IMG/VR virus record: IMGVR_UViG_3300043672_000030
Coordinates: 1 to 52,118 of that record
Direction: 5' to 3' (one strand)
DNA: 52,118 bases
DNA from: a virus
Part shown: positions 1-9,232 of the stretch, piece after piece
Layout of the letters: every line of letters starts with the position of its first letter
How positions within the stretch are numbered: position 1 is the stretch's first letter
The notes under the pieces: generated by a model
Told to the model about the DNA's origin: nothing
What the model saw: the letters and a program-made list of their open reading frames with translations, nothing else
The model's database searches: none
Program-made: the position numbers and the translations under genes

Positions 1-21
1 CGCTGATGTCGCTGTCGGCGC
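1..21. repeat. 21-bp terminal direct repeat, identical to 52098..52118 (circular-assembly overlap)
   Basis: cgctgatgtcgctgtcggcgc occurs at both window ends. An open reading frame is continuous across the join. Confidence 0.9.
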
Positions 22-517
22 GCCCGACACCCCGACGGGTGCCCTGGTCATCACCGGCCGCCCGGGACCGGCCGGGAAAGCCGGGACCGCGTACACAACC
101 CAGGGGTTCGCTGAAGCACCCGGCATTTCCCCCACCATCCCGGTCGTCGTCCTTGCGCGGCCCCGGTACGGCGACGGGCGGGGCCGCACCCCGATCCTCG
201 GGGGGGCATTCGGAGATCCGCCGCCCCCGCAGGTCACCCCCACCCCGACAGCCGTCCGTGTCACCCACCCCACCCCGGCCGGCGGCCGGGTCCTGGTGGT
301 CCGGGCATGGGTCGACGCGCTACCGCCCCTGCTGCCACCTGGGGGCACCCTTACCGCAACCGACAGGACCACCCCCACCCTCTCGGCCACCGACCGGATT
401 ACGGGCGCCCTGGCAGGAGTAGGGCGCGTAACCGCAGGGTTGACGGTGGACGCCCGTACCCTGCCAGATATGACGACAACCGACCGGGGAACCCCGACGT
501 TGACGAAGGGGGGCTGA
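2..517 (+). CDS. C-terminal part of the junction-spanning repeat protein (about 408 aa in total)
   Basis: Frame 2 is open from nt 2 to TGA 515-517. The track shows only its tail (296..517). The listed ORF 6..422 is out of frame. Confidence 0.6.
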   Translation, partial: ADVAVGAPDTPTGALVITGRPGPAGKAGTAYTTQGFAEAPGISPTIPVVVLARPRYGDGRGRTPILGGAFGDPPPPQVTPTPTAVRVTHPTPAGGRVLVVRAWVDALPPLLPPGGTLTATDRTTPTLSATDRITGALAGVGRVTAGLTVDARTLPDMTTTDRGTPTLTKGG

Positions 518-520
518 GAC

Positions 521-1366
521 GTGCTGGAGCTCGGTGAAACGTTCTCGTCCGGGACCTTCAAAATCAAGGACTCCGCCGGGGCCCCCGGTATCGCCACGGT
601 GACGGTGGTGGTGACACTCCCGGACGGGACAACAGCCGTCCCGACCGTGACGACTCCGGCCCTCGGGGACTACGTGTTCGACTACACGACGACTGTGGTG
701 GGTCGGTTGCCGTATGTGGTGACGGCGACCGGGGGTGTCCTCGGGGCCCTGGTCCGGAAGTTCGCTGACGTCATCGTTGTCGGTGCGGCAACATCAACGG
801 GGGTGGTGTCGTTGGAGGAGGTAAAACGGCACCTGAACATTCCGTTGACGAACACCGGGTCTGATACGGAACTAGAAATGAAGATCGCCGCCGCCACCGA
901 AAAGATTGAACTGCGGTGCGGTCCGGTCGTCCCCCGTACCGTCGTCAACGAACGCCACGACGGGGGCGGGCGGGCGGTGTGGTTGGTGGAGGCACCCGGT
1001 GCCGGGGGTACCCCCTTCATCACCGTCACCGCTGTGACGTCCCTGTCGTCTCTGTTTCCCATCAGTGTTGGGGATCTCGATGTGGACCCGTCCGGGCGCA
1101 TCACCTACTTCCCTGGCCTGAGCCTGCGGTTCCCGTCGGGGGAATACCTGTGGTCCTACACAACGGGTCGGACAGTTGTCCCGGCGGGCCTGCGGGAAGC
1201 AGCACTGAACTTCGTGAAGGGCAGTTGGGAAACCCAGCGGGGCATGACCGGGTTGCCGTGGAAGGGGGCCGTCGACACCCCCACCGAACTCCCGGGTATG
1301 GGGCTGGTGTTGTGGCGTCTTGAACAGGATCTCCAACCGTTCCTCCGCCCCCCGGGGATGTCCTGA
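521..1366 (+). CDS. Head-tail connector/adaptor (gp6-like) with N-terminal extension
   Basis: 281 aa, with a GAAGGGGGG SD before the GTG. The motif SLEEVKRHLNIP..DTELE resembles the phage gp6-like connector family. Confidence 0.6.
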   Translation: MLELGETFSSGTFKIKDSAGAPGIATVTVVVTLPDGTTAVPTVTTPALGDYVFDYTTTVVGRLPYVVTATGGVLGALVRKFADVIVVGAATSTGVVSLEEVKRHLNIPLTNTGSDTELEMKIAAATEKIELRCGPVVPRTVVNERHDGGGRAVWLVEAPGAGGTPFITVTAVTSLSSLFPISVGDLDVDPSGRITYFPGLSLRFPSGEYLWSYTTGRTVVPAGLREAALNFVKGSWETQRGMTGLPWKGAVDTPTELPGMGLVLWRLEQDLQPFLRPPGMS

Positions 1367-1824
1367 TGATTGCGGGGGCGGTGATCGCGGCGTTGGTGAC
1401 GAAGTTCGCGGCGCTCCCCGCGCTGGCCGGGGTGCCGGTGTACGCGGCGCTGCCCGTCACCGATGCCGCTGACCCGGACTTCGTCGTCATCGGCCACGAC
1501 GGGCGCGTGGACTCCGAAACAGAACTCACCGTCACCTACGAATGGGCCAACCTCAACTGCACATCCCGGTACGAACTCGGGGAAATCCCGTGCGCTCTGG
1601 TCACCCAATCCGGAGACGACGACATGCAAGCCCGCTTCGACCGGTTCCAGATCCTCATGCAGGCAATGGAGAATGCTCTGGTGACCGACATGTCCACCGC
1701 TGGTGCGTTGTCCGGTTTGGTCATGGGTGTCACGATCACTTCGGGGGGTCCGTTGCCGTTGCAGAACGAAGACGGGTCTGGGGTTATCGGCCCATTCGTC
1801 GTCAGCTACCGCGCCCAAGTTTAG
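1366..1824 (+). CDS. Head-tail joining / tail-completion-like structural protein
   Basis: 152 aa, ATGA overlap with the upstream gene. Assignment rests on position and general resemblance to tail-completion proteins. Confidence 0.45.
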   Translation: MIAGAVIAALVTKFAALPALAGVPVYAALPVTDAADPDFVVIGHDGRVDSETELTVTYEWANLNCTSRYELGEIPCALVTQSGDDDMQARFDRFQILMQAMENALVTDMSTAGALSGLVMGVTITSGGPLPLQNEDGSGVIGPFVVSYRAQV

Positions 1825-1836
1825 GAAGGCAACCCG

Positions 1837-2166
1837 ATGGCTCTACTGACCCAGCAGGCACCGAGCATTCTTGGCGGCGCGATCACTTACGGCGCGTCCG
1901 CCGCGTCGGATACGTGTTTCCCTGGCGACGGGATTTACTACCACGTGAAGACGGGCGCAACGAACTCCGCCCCCATCCAGATCGTTGTCCCGGGAACCCT
2001 GTACGGGGTGGCCCGCCCGGACACCGCCATCGTCACCGTACCCATCAACTCTGACCGGATCTTCGGACCGCTGATCGGTGATCTCGCTGACCCGGTGACC
2101 GGTTTGGTGACGATCCTGAACAGCGGCACGCTGGCCGGGACGACCTGCGCCATTCTCCAGATGTGA
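1837..2166 (+). CDS. Hypothetical structural protein
   Basis: 109 aa, AGGAAGG SD, located in the head-tail module. Confidence 0.5.
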   Translation: MALLTQQAPSILGGAITYGASAASDTCFPGDGIYYHVKTGATNSAPIQIVVPGTLYGVARPDTAIVTVPINSDRIFGPLIGDLADPVTGLVTILNSGTLAGTTCAILQM

Positions 2167-2175
2167 GGGAACCTG

Positions 2176-2550
2176 ATGGACTGGATTTACTTCACGAACC
2201 CTGCGACGGGTGGGGTGTTCGAAGCCCCGGCCACGGAAGGTGTGCGGGAGCGGTATGAGGCGTTGGGGTGGGTGGAGACGGAGCGCCCGGCGGAAACACC
2301 GTTCGTTCCTTCCCCGATCAACGTCGACGCGTCGGCGGATACGGGGTGGGTGACGTTGTGGCACCCGGGCGTGAAGGCTTCGCACGCGTTCCCGAGCAAC
2401 GCCGATGCGATTGCGGGGGCCATGGAATCCGGGTGGGTGTACCCGCCCGTACCGGTCAAACCTGCACCGAAACCAGCCGAGTCGGACACGGCGAAGGCTA
2501 AGAAAGCCGCGAAGGTCAGCGAACCGCCGACCACGATTGAAGGAGAGTGA
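2176..2550 (+). CDS. Hypothetical structural protein
   Basis: 124 aa with a Lys/Ala/Pro-rich tail, immediately upstream of the major tail gene. Confidence 0.5.
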   Translation: MDWIYFTNPATGGVFEAPATEGVRERYEALGWVETERPAETPFVPSPINVDASADTGWVTLWHPGVKASHAFPSNADAIAGAMESGWVYPPVPVKPAPKPAESDTAKAKKAAKVSEPPTTIEGE

Positions 2551-2553
2551 CCC

Positions 2554-3033
2554 GTGGTTGATTCGCTGACCGATGGGCGGACCAGGGTTTACCAGGTCCC
2601 CACCATCGCCAACATTGCCGCACCAACGGTGGCGGAGCTGAACGCGGGGGTGGACCTTTCCTCGCTGATCACCGCTGACGGGATCAACGGGTTCCAGCCG
2701 GACACCGGGACCGTGGACACGTCGGCCCTGAACTCCACGTTCAACACGAAACTCCCTGGCCGCGCCGATTTCTCCGGGACCATGCTCCGGTTGAAGAAGC
2801 AAACCGGTACCGACACCGTTTACAACACTCTCGTCAACGGGTTCGCGACGAACATTGTGATCCGCCGCGACATCACCGCCTCCACCGCGTGGGCGACGTC
2901 GCAAGCGGTCGAGGTATACCCGGGCCAATGCGGGGAAGTCCGCAACATTGACCCCGCCCCCAACGAAGTCCACAAGTATGAGGTGCCGTTCTTCATCAGC
3001 CCTCAGCCGAACCTGCGGGCGACGACCGCGTAA
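2554..3033 (+). CDS. Major tail protein
   Basis: 159 aa, GTG start after a GGAGAG SD. It lies directly upstream of the chaperones and tape measure. The N-terminal region (TRVYQVPTIANIAAPTVAELNAG) resembles actinophage major tail proteins. Confidence 0.6.
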   Translation: MVDSLTDGRTRVYQVPTIANIAAPTVAELNAGVDLSSLITADGINGFQPDTGTVDTSALNSTFNTKLPGRADFSGTMLRLKKQTGTDTVYNTLVNGFATNIVIRRDITASTAWATSQAVEVYPGQCGEVRNIDPAPNEVHKYEVPFFISPQPNLRATTA

Positions 3034-3479
3034 TGGGGTCGGCGTACGAACGGGTTGCCTCCGATCCGGGATTGCGCCGGTTGCTGGAGGTGGCCCGTTC
3101 GTGGGGGGTGGCGCCGTCGGTGTTCGCCGGTCGGGAACTGTCCACCCGCCACGACCACGACGCGGCTGGCCGGTCGGTGCTGTCGGTTACGGGGGGGTGG
3201 ACGGAGGAAGACCGGGAACTCGCGGTGGCGCTCGCGGATTGGGAAGCAGACCTGTGCGGTGGGTGCGGTCACCCACTCGCCGAAACCACCGCCCCCGGCA
3301 ACGAAGAACGGTATGAGGTGAGGGTGGCGGCCCGCTGCCACTGCTGTACCGCCATCGACATCGCCGAGAAAGCCCTCCAAACCCGCGACCATCCGACCGC
3401 CCTGTTGTTGTCGGCGGTCCTGCGGTCTGACGATCCACCGAACCAGGGAGCCAATGATGCTGATCCGTTACCGGCCTGA
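3033..3479 (+). CDS. Hypothetical Cys4 protein in the tail-chaperone position
   Basis: 148 aa with CGGC...CHCC motifs, ATG overlapping the upstream stop. Confidence 0.5.
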   Translation: MGSAYERVASDPGLRRLLEVARSWGVAPSVFAGRELSTRHDHDAAGRSVLSVTGGWTEEDRELAVALADWEADLCGGCGHPLAETTAPGNEERYEVRVAARCHCCTAIDIAEKALQTRDHPTALLLSAVLRSDDPPNQGANDADPLPA

Positions 3480-3936
3480 TGAGGGGCCACCTATCGAATT
3501 CGATTTCGTCCCGGGCAAGCTCACCAGCGTTGACGCGGAAGCAGTGGAGCTGGTGGGGGGTGAGGCGTGGGGGACGTTTGAGGAGTTCGGGGCCCTGTTC
3601 TTCAGGGGTTCCGCCCGAGCCCGCCGGGCGGTCCTCTGGCTCCACCTTCGCACGGCTAACCCGCGTCTGAAATTCGCGGACGTCCGGTTGCGTCCGGAGC
3701 AAATCGACGTCGATTACTCCGCGATCGAACGGGAGCGGATCCTGGAGGTGATGCTCGCGGACCCGGACCTGGACGATGAGCAGCGGGACAACCTGCGCAC
3801 GATCATCGGTGACTCACTGGTGTCGGAAACCGAGACGGCGTTGGAGGAGGCGGGTGTCACCACGGACCGTGGGCTCCCAAAAGACCATCCGTCGTTCTTC
3901 GGGGGCGACGGTTCGACATTGCCGCCGCCGGGCTAG
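3454..3936 (+). CDS. Tail assembly chaperone (G-like)
   Basis: 160 aa, acidic, GGGAG SD, positioned before the tape measure. It contains a candidate slippery heptamer near its 3' end. Confidence 0.6.
   Translation: MMLIRYRPDEGPPIEFDFVPGKLTSVDAEAVELVGGEAWGTFEEFGALFFRGSARARRAVLWLHLRTANPRLKFADVRLRPEQIDVDYSAIERERILEVMLADPDLDDEQRDNLRTIIGDSLVSETETALEEAGVTTDRGLPKDHPSFFGGDGSTLPPPG
3876..3882 (+). promoter_or_regulatory. Candidate -1 programmed frameshift site C_CCA_AAA
   Basis: An X_XXY_YYZ heptamer sits in the zero frame of 3454..3936. The -1 frame is open from here to TAA 4089-4091. Confidence 0.35.
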
Positions 3937-4023
3937 CGTCCGGTTTGCGGGAGATGGATCGGTGGACACTGGTGGAGATGGACACCGCGTGTGACTGGAT
4001 GGACAACAGGAAGGCTGCGGCAG

Positions 4024-4494
4024 ATGGCAACGGATCCGGGTGCGGACCAGATGCGGGCCATCGCGAAAGCGTTGAAGGATCTGGGGGATAAATCCCTCAA
4101 ACGAGAATTCACGAAGGCCATCACGAAAACCCTTGACCCGTTGAAAACGGAGCTGGCCGCGTCAGCGTTGCGGACACTGCCCCGGCGGGGTGGGTTAGCG
4201 GCCAGGGTCGCGCGGACCCGAGTTCGTGTGGCGCGACGGGCGAACGGGGGGGTTCGGTTGGTGGGGCGGTCGACGGATCTGCGGGACCTGAAGCGGTTGG
4301 ATGATCCGGGGGCCGTCCGCCACCCCGTGTTCCAGCGGCCGGGTCAGTCCCGCCGGGATGTGCCGTGGGTGCGGCAGCAGGTCCCGGCGGGCTGGTTCTC
4401 GGGACCGTTGACGGAGGCTAAGCCTGAGCTTCAGCGGAACATGCTGGCGGTGGCGTCGGAGTTGGCGGCAAGGATCGAGCGGGGGCAAAGCTGA
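4024..4494 (+). CDS. HK97 gp10-like tail component
   Basis: ATG at 4024 follows an AGGAAGG SD (the track starts at GTG 3991). The pattern ..LPRRGGLAARV..VRLVG....HPVF...W..QQVPAGWF.. resembles the HK97 gp10 family. Confidence 0.5.
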   Translation: MATDPGADQMRAIAKALKDLGDKSLKREFTKAITKTLDPLKTELAASALRTLPRRGGLAARVARTRVRVARRANGGVRLVGRSTDLRDLKRLDDPGAVRHPVFQRPGQSRRDVPWVRQQVPAGWFSGPLTEAKPELQRNMLAVASELAARIERGQS

Positions 4495-7400
4495 TGGTCG
4501 CGTCAATCAACTTCGATGTGTTCTGGCGTGACCATGGGGCCCGCCGGGGGGCGGGTGAACTGGGGGGGGCGTTGGATGAGTCGGCGCAACGTGCCGACAA
4601 GATGAAAGACGCCGTGAAGGTTGGGGCGCTCGCGGCGGGGGTAGCGATCGCGGCGATGGGTAAGCAGTCCATCGACGTTGCTAACGACATCGCGGAATCC
4701 ACGTCGAAGATCAGTGTCGTTTTCGGTCAATCCTCGAAATCGGTCATGGATTTCGCGGACACGTCGGCGGAGTCGCTGGGCATTTCGAAGCGGTCGGCGT
4801 TGGAGGCGGCCGGAACGTTCGGGAACCTGCTGGTGTCGTTGAAACTTCCGCAGGCGGAAGCCGCGAAAATGTCCACCAAAATGATCACGCTTGCGGCGGA
4901 TATGGCGTCGTTCAACAACGCTTCCCCGGAGGAAGCGTTGGACGCGATCCGGTCGGGGCTGATGGGGGAAACCGAGCCGTTGCAGCGGTTCGGGGTGAAC
5001 ATGAACGACGCCACCCTGCGAACTCAGGCGTTGAAGATGGGGTTGGTGAAGTCGGTCAAGGAAGGTCTGAACCCGGCCGTCAAAGCGCAGGCCGCGTACG
5101 GGCTGATGCTCGCTCAAACCGGAACCGCCCAAGGAGATTTCGCTCGCACGTCCGGGGGGCTCGCGAACCAGACCCGGATAGCGAAGGCTCGGTTTGAGGA
5201 CCTGGAGGGCGAGTTGGGGGCGGCTCTGCTGCCGACGGTGAACAAGCTGATGCAGGGGTTGACGGGGCTGTTAGGGGTGCTTGCCGAAAACCAGAAAGTC
5301 ATCGTCCCCCTGGTTTTGGGTGTGACGGGGCTCGGTGCGGCGATCTGGACGATCAACAAAGCGGCTGCTGCTGCTGCCGCCGCCCACGCCGCGTGGACGG
5401 TGGTGATGGGGGCAAACACCGCTGCCGCTGGGCTGAACACGGTGGCGTTGATTCGGATGGTGTCGGTGGCTAAGTCAGCCGTCGCCACGTTCGGTGTGTT
5501 GGGTGTGGCGGTCGGAGCGGTGTGGGCGGATGAGAAACTCCGCCAGTGGTCAACGGCGTCGGTCAGTTTGAACGCCCTGTCGGAGGGCATGAAAGATGTT
5601 GCCGGTTCAGGGAAACTGTCGGCTGCTGAGTTGGAGTTGTTCGCGAACAAGGCCAAGTTCTTCGGCGACGGGGTGGGTACCTCAGCGGAGGCTTTGAAGA
5701 AGTTTGGTTTCCAAGCCCACGATGCCCTGGACCAGGGGTGGGGAGCCCGGATCGCCCGGATCGACGATATGGGTAAGGGGCAAAAGAATTTCGAGGAACG
5801 CACTCGGTCGTTGGATGGGGCGTTGTCGTCGATGGTGAGGGACGGGAACGTTGATAAAGCTGCCGCGCAGATGAAGTTGTATGAGGACGCGGCGGTGAAG
5901 GCGGGGGTGCCGTTGGCGTCTTTGCGGCACATGTTCCCGCAGTACGCGTCGGCGGTGAAGGCGTCGATTCCGCCGGTGATGGAAGCGGAAGCGGCCGTGA
6001 TCAAACACAACACGGCGGTGAAAAAGAACGTGGAGGCGCTGGCGGCCGACGCGGCTGCGCTGTTGAAGACGCGGGGGTCGGAAAACTCGTATGAGGCGGC
6101 CGTGGACGACGCCACGAAAGCAATCAAGGACAACGGGAAAACCCTGGACAAGCACACCGAGAAAGGACGCGCGAACCGGACCGCCCTGGATCAGATCGCA
6201 TCGTCCACCCTCGCTTGGCGGGACGCGGCGAAGGAGGCAGGCGCATCGCAGAAACGCCAAACCCAGATCACCGAACAGGGGCGGGCGGAACTGGTGAAGA
6301 TGGGCCAACGGTTTGGCCTGTCAAAGAAAGCCGCCCGCGAGTACGCGCGGGAAGTGTTGGGGATCCCTAAGCGGGTGTCCTCCGTTATCAGCTTGTCCCT
6401 GAAAAACGGGATCCCCAAAACGTTGTACGGGGTGCGGGTTGGCGGTGGGTCCGGATCCACTCGGGGTGGCATCACTTTCGGGATGGCCACGGGTGGGCCG
6501 GTGCGCGGGGGGTACGGGGGCCACGACGACATCCCAGCGATGCTGACGCGGGATGAGCATGTGTGGACGAAACAGGAAGTCGCTGCCGCCGGGGGGCATG
6601 GGGCGATGAAGGTGATGCGGCGGGGTGTCCTCGGTTTGGCTGAGGGGGGCCCGGTGTTCGCCGCGCAACTCGGGCGCGGCGAAGCACAGATCGCCGCCGG
6701 GACGTCGTCGCGGATCGCGGACCGCCTGTTGAAGATCGCCCAAGGGGCCATCGGTTTCAACCCGTCCCTGAACGGGGCGTTGAACTTCGCTCGCGCCCAG
6801 GTCGGGAAACCGTACATCTGGGGGGGTGTGGGGCCACGCGGGTACGACTGTTCGGGTGCGATGAGTGCCCTGTTGAACGTGGTCCAAGGACGCAACCCCT
6901 ACAGTCGCCGGTTCGCCACGGGTAACTTCCCGGCCGCCGGGTTCATCCCGGGCCCCGGATCGTTCATGATCGGATCCCGGCGCGGCAACCCGGGGCATAT
7001 GGCCGGAACGATCAACGGCGTCAACGTGGAGTCGTCCGGGTCCGTCGGGTTCCACATGGGCAAGTCCGCTCGCGGAGCCCGCAACAGCATGTTCACCGGC
7101 CTCTACCATTTGCGGGGGTACGCGAAGGGGGGCGCGGTCGAGGGGGACGCCCCGTTTGATCTGCTGGACCGGGGTGGGGATGACTACCTGGGGGACGCGA
7201 TCCGCCGGGTGTTCCTCGCGGACCGGGGTGGGATCCTCCGCACCGGGCGGGCGGCGGTGAACCTCTCCGGCCAGGACGAACGGGTCCTGACGGGGGCACA
7301 GACGAGACAGTTTGACCGGCTGGTCCGGGTGCATGAGCGGGGCGGCCCCGGCCCCGCAGCCACCAACACAGCGGTCGACTATGACCGGTTGGGGGTGTCC

Positions 7401-7505
7401 GTTGCAAAAGCCATCGCCCAATCCGGGTTGGCAGTGAAGATGGACGGCCAGGTTGTCGGCCGTATCCAGGGACGCCAAGCTGATCTGCTCGGAAGGGGCA
7501 ACTGA
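4494..7505 (+). CDS. Tail tape measure protein with C-terminal NlpC/P60 peptidase domain
   Basis: 1003 aa. Evidence is a TP901-type core (FGNLLVSL..ASFNNASPEEALDAIRSGLMGETEPLQRFG), a hydrophobic Ala-rich middle, and an NlpC/P60 motif (GKPYIWGGVGPRGYDCSG...GHMAG). Confidence 0.9.
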   Translation: MVASINFDVFWRDHGARRGAGELGGALDESAQRADKMKDAVKVGALAAGVAIAAMGKQSIDVANDIAESTSKISVVFGQSSKSVMDFADTSAESLGISKRSALEAAGTFGNLLVSLKLPQAEAAKMSTKMITLAADMASFNNASPEEALDAIRSGLMGETEPLQRFGVNMNDATLRTQALKMGLVKSVKEGLNPAVKAQAAYGLMLAQTGTAQGDFARTSGGLANQTRIAKARFEDLEGELGAALLPTVNKLMQGLTGLLGVLAENQKVIVPLVLGVTGLGAAIWTINKAAAAAAAAHAAWTVVMGANTAAAGLNTVALIRMVSVAKSAVATFGVLGVAVGAVWADEKLRQWSTASVSLNALSEGMKDVAGSGKLSAAELELFANKAKFFGDGVGTSAEALKKFGFQAHDALDQGWGARIARIDDMGKGQKNFEERTRSLDGALSSMVRDGNVDKAAAQMKLYEDAAVKAGVPLASLRHMFPQYASAVKASIPPVMEAEAAVIKHNTAVKKNVEALAADAAALLKTRGSENSYEAAVDDATKAIKDNGKTLDKHTEKGRANRTALDQIASSTLAWRDAAKEAGASQKRQTQITEQGRAELVKMGQRFGLSKKAAREYAREVLGIPKRVSSVISLSLKNGIPKTLYGVRVGGGSGSTRGGITFGMATGGPVRGGYGGHDDIPAMLTRDEHVWTKQEVAAAGGHGAMKVMRRGVLGLAEGGPVFAAQLGRGEAQIAAGTSSRIADRLLKIAQGAIGFNPSLNGALNFARAQVGKPYIWGGVGPRGYDCSGAMSALLNVVQGRNPYSRRFATGNFPAAGFIPGPGSFMIGSRRGNPGHMAGTINGVNVESSGSVGFHMGKSARGARNSMFTGLYHLRGYAKGGAVEGDAPFDLLDRGGDDYLGDAIRRVFLADRGGILRTGRAAVNLSGQDERVLTGAQTRQFDRLVRVHERGGPGPAATNTAVDYDRLGVSVAKAIAQSGLAVKMDGQVVGRIQGRQADLLGRGN

Positions 7506-7506
7506 C

Positions 7507-8898
7507 ATGGCTGGTGAGGTGATCGAATTCGTTGACAGTGTGTCTGCCAGCGCAACCGTTCGGCTGTCACTAACGACGTCTCCGTGGCGGGTGATCTTCG
7601 AGGGGACATCGGTTCCGCCGCCGCCTCTGCGCCGGTCGGTCGCGCAAACCCTGCTGGCGGATGGGGGGTACATTCCCGCGTCGGCGTACGACAACCGGGT
7701 GATCACCCTGCGATTGCAGTACCGGGGCACGGCCGGGCCCGCGTCAGCAACGGCGGTGCAGGCGCTGAACCGGGAACTGGACCGGGAGTCCAACATTCTG
7801 CGGTGGCAACCTGACTCGACGCTGCCTGCGGTGTACTTCCGAACGTTCCGTTCCCCCGACTACGACCCGCAAACCGATCACGCGCTGGACCTGTATCAGA
7901 TGACGGTGCAGATCGTTGCGGAACCGTTCGCTGTGGGGCTGATGGTGACGGTCACCCAAGTCGTCGTCAGCAACGACCCGGCCGCCGCGCAAGGCATGTT
8001 CTTCGATGTGACGTCGGTGCAGGGTGACGTCGAAACACCACTGCTGATCAAGGTCCCTGGTGCGTCGGTCACCAACCGGCAATCCCTCTTCGCCGTCCGC
8101 CGCCGTGGCACCCCCTCGGCGATGCCGTTCCTTCTCCAGGCGGAGGCGATGACGTTGGGTACCGACACCACCATCATCACCGGCGGATCGGATTGGTCAC
8201 CGTCCGCGACGAACTCGGACACCACAGACACGTCGTTCTCCACGGTGTCGACCATCGCCACCCGCCTATCGACGGCGACGTTCCCGGCCAGCCCATCGGT
8301 GGATGCCCGGGGCTTGTATCGGGTGTTCGCTCGGGTGGGTGCGAATACGTCCGCCGCGAACTTCGATTTCACCCTCCGCCACGGAATCCGCCTGATCGAC
8401 AACACGGCCACCCGGTTCCTGTCGACGGCGACCGGTATCCAAACCCACGTCGATCTGGGGTTGGTGCAGATCCCGGAAGGTTTCGACCCGGTCACGGACG
8501 GGCCGACGGGTGTGGCCGTGGCGGCGGTGGGTATTCCGTTGGCGTTGCGGACCGCCCGGATCAACGGGTCGAACCAGTACACCGACTACTTGTTGTTCGT
8601 GCCTGCTGACGACTGCCTGGCGATTGTGAAGTGGGGGTCCAGTTCCCCCACAAGTTTCGTGTTCAACGGGATCACCCGATCCGTGTACGGGTTGGACAAC
8701 TCCGGCCGGTTCACGGACATCCAGTCCGCCGGGTTCGTCGGCGGTCCGATCATGGTTTCACCGGGTGTGACGAACCGGGTGATCTTCATCAACGACGTGA
8801 ACCCCACCCCCGCCACGAATGATGGGCTGACGAAGACCATTGACCTCAGCCCGTTCTACTGGCCCCGGTACCTGTCGGTCCGGCCCACCTCAACCTAG
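7507..8898 (+). CDS. Minor tail protein (distal-tail position)
   Basis: ATG 1 nt after the tape measure stop. 463 aa. First gene after the tape measure. Confidence 0.6.
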   Translation: MAGEVIEFVDSVSASATVRLSLTTSPWRVIFEGTSVPPPPLRRSVAQTLLADGGYIPASAYDNRVITLRLQYRGTAGPASATAVQALNRELDRESNILRWQPDSTLPAVYFRTFRSPDYDPQTDHALDLYQMTVQIVAEPFAVGLMVTVTQVVVSNDPAAAQGMFFDVTSVQGDVETPLLIKVPGASVTNRQSLFAVRRRGTPSAMPFLLQAEAMTLGTDTTIITGGSDWSPSATNSDTTDTSFSTVSTIATRLSTATFPASPSVDARGLYRVFARVGANTSAANFDFTLRHGIRLIDNTATRFLSTATGIQTHVDLGLVQIPEGFDPVTDGPTGVAVAAVGIPLALRTARINGSNQYTDYLLFVPADDCLAIVKWGSSSPTSFVFNGITRSVYGLDNSGRFTDIQSAGFVGGPIMVSPGVTNRVIFINDVNPTPATNDGLTKTIDLSPFYWPRYLSVRPTST

Positions 8899-8905
8899 GA
8901 GCGTC

Positions 8906-9232
8906 ATGATTCCCGACGTCCACACGGTCACCGCAGCAGGGGTGGGTGTTCCGTACGAGTCGCTGGACGGGCCGTTGACGGTCCCCGCCAGCCGTACCGG
9001 AATCGCCCACTTCCGCAACCCCACCGACGCCGACGTAAGCGTGATAGTGGAGATCGCGGGCCCGTTCGGGCCGATGGACGCTGAACTAGTGATCCCTGCG
9101 GGGGCCACCCGGTTCGTGGCCCTGTCGGATCGGCTGGCCGCCGACGGCCGCACCATCACCTTCCGCCCGTACGCCACTCCGAACGGGGCGGACGTGGTTT
9201 TCCTGGTCCGGGACATTCTGGACCGGGCATGA
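8906..9232 (+). CDS. Hypothetical tail-region protein
   Basis: ATG at 8906 after an AGGAG SD. 108 aa. Confidence 0.5.
   Translation: MIPDVHTVTAAGVGVPYESLDGPLTVPASRTGIAHFRNPTDADVSVIVEIAGPFGPMDAELVIPAGATRFVALSDRLAADGRTITFRPYATPNGADVVFLVRDILDRA

Noticed and set aside
6-422. Track ORF 6..422 (+), 138 aa, at the window start.
   Set aside because: It is out of frame with the junction-spanning gene (frame 2, open 2..517). Its translation is Arg/Pro/Ser-rich with no start context.
1843-2973. Long minus-strand ORFs opposite known + strand genes. Examples are 1843..2973, 5114..6157, 6321..7796, 11578..12591, 32331..33248, 35263..36417, 46514..47563 and 51366..52082.
   Set aside because: These are typical high-GC antisense open frames. 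Their translations are Arg/Gly/Pro-rich and low in complexity, they lack SD sequences and sensible starts, and each lies opposite a + strand gene with recognisable motifs (tape measure, amidase, AAA ATPase, capsid).
3454-3479. A frameshift joining 3033..3479 to 3454..3936 as the G-T chaperone pair.
   Set aside because: The downstream frame is +1, not -1. No slippery sequence lies in the 26-nt overlap. 3454 has its own GGGAG SD and ATG. The C_CCA_AAA site at 3876 is the better candidate.
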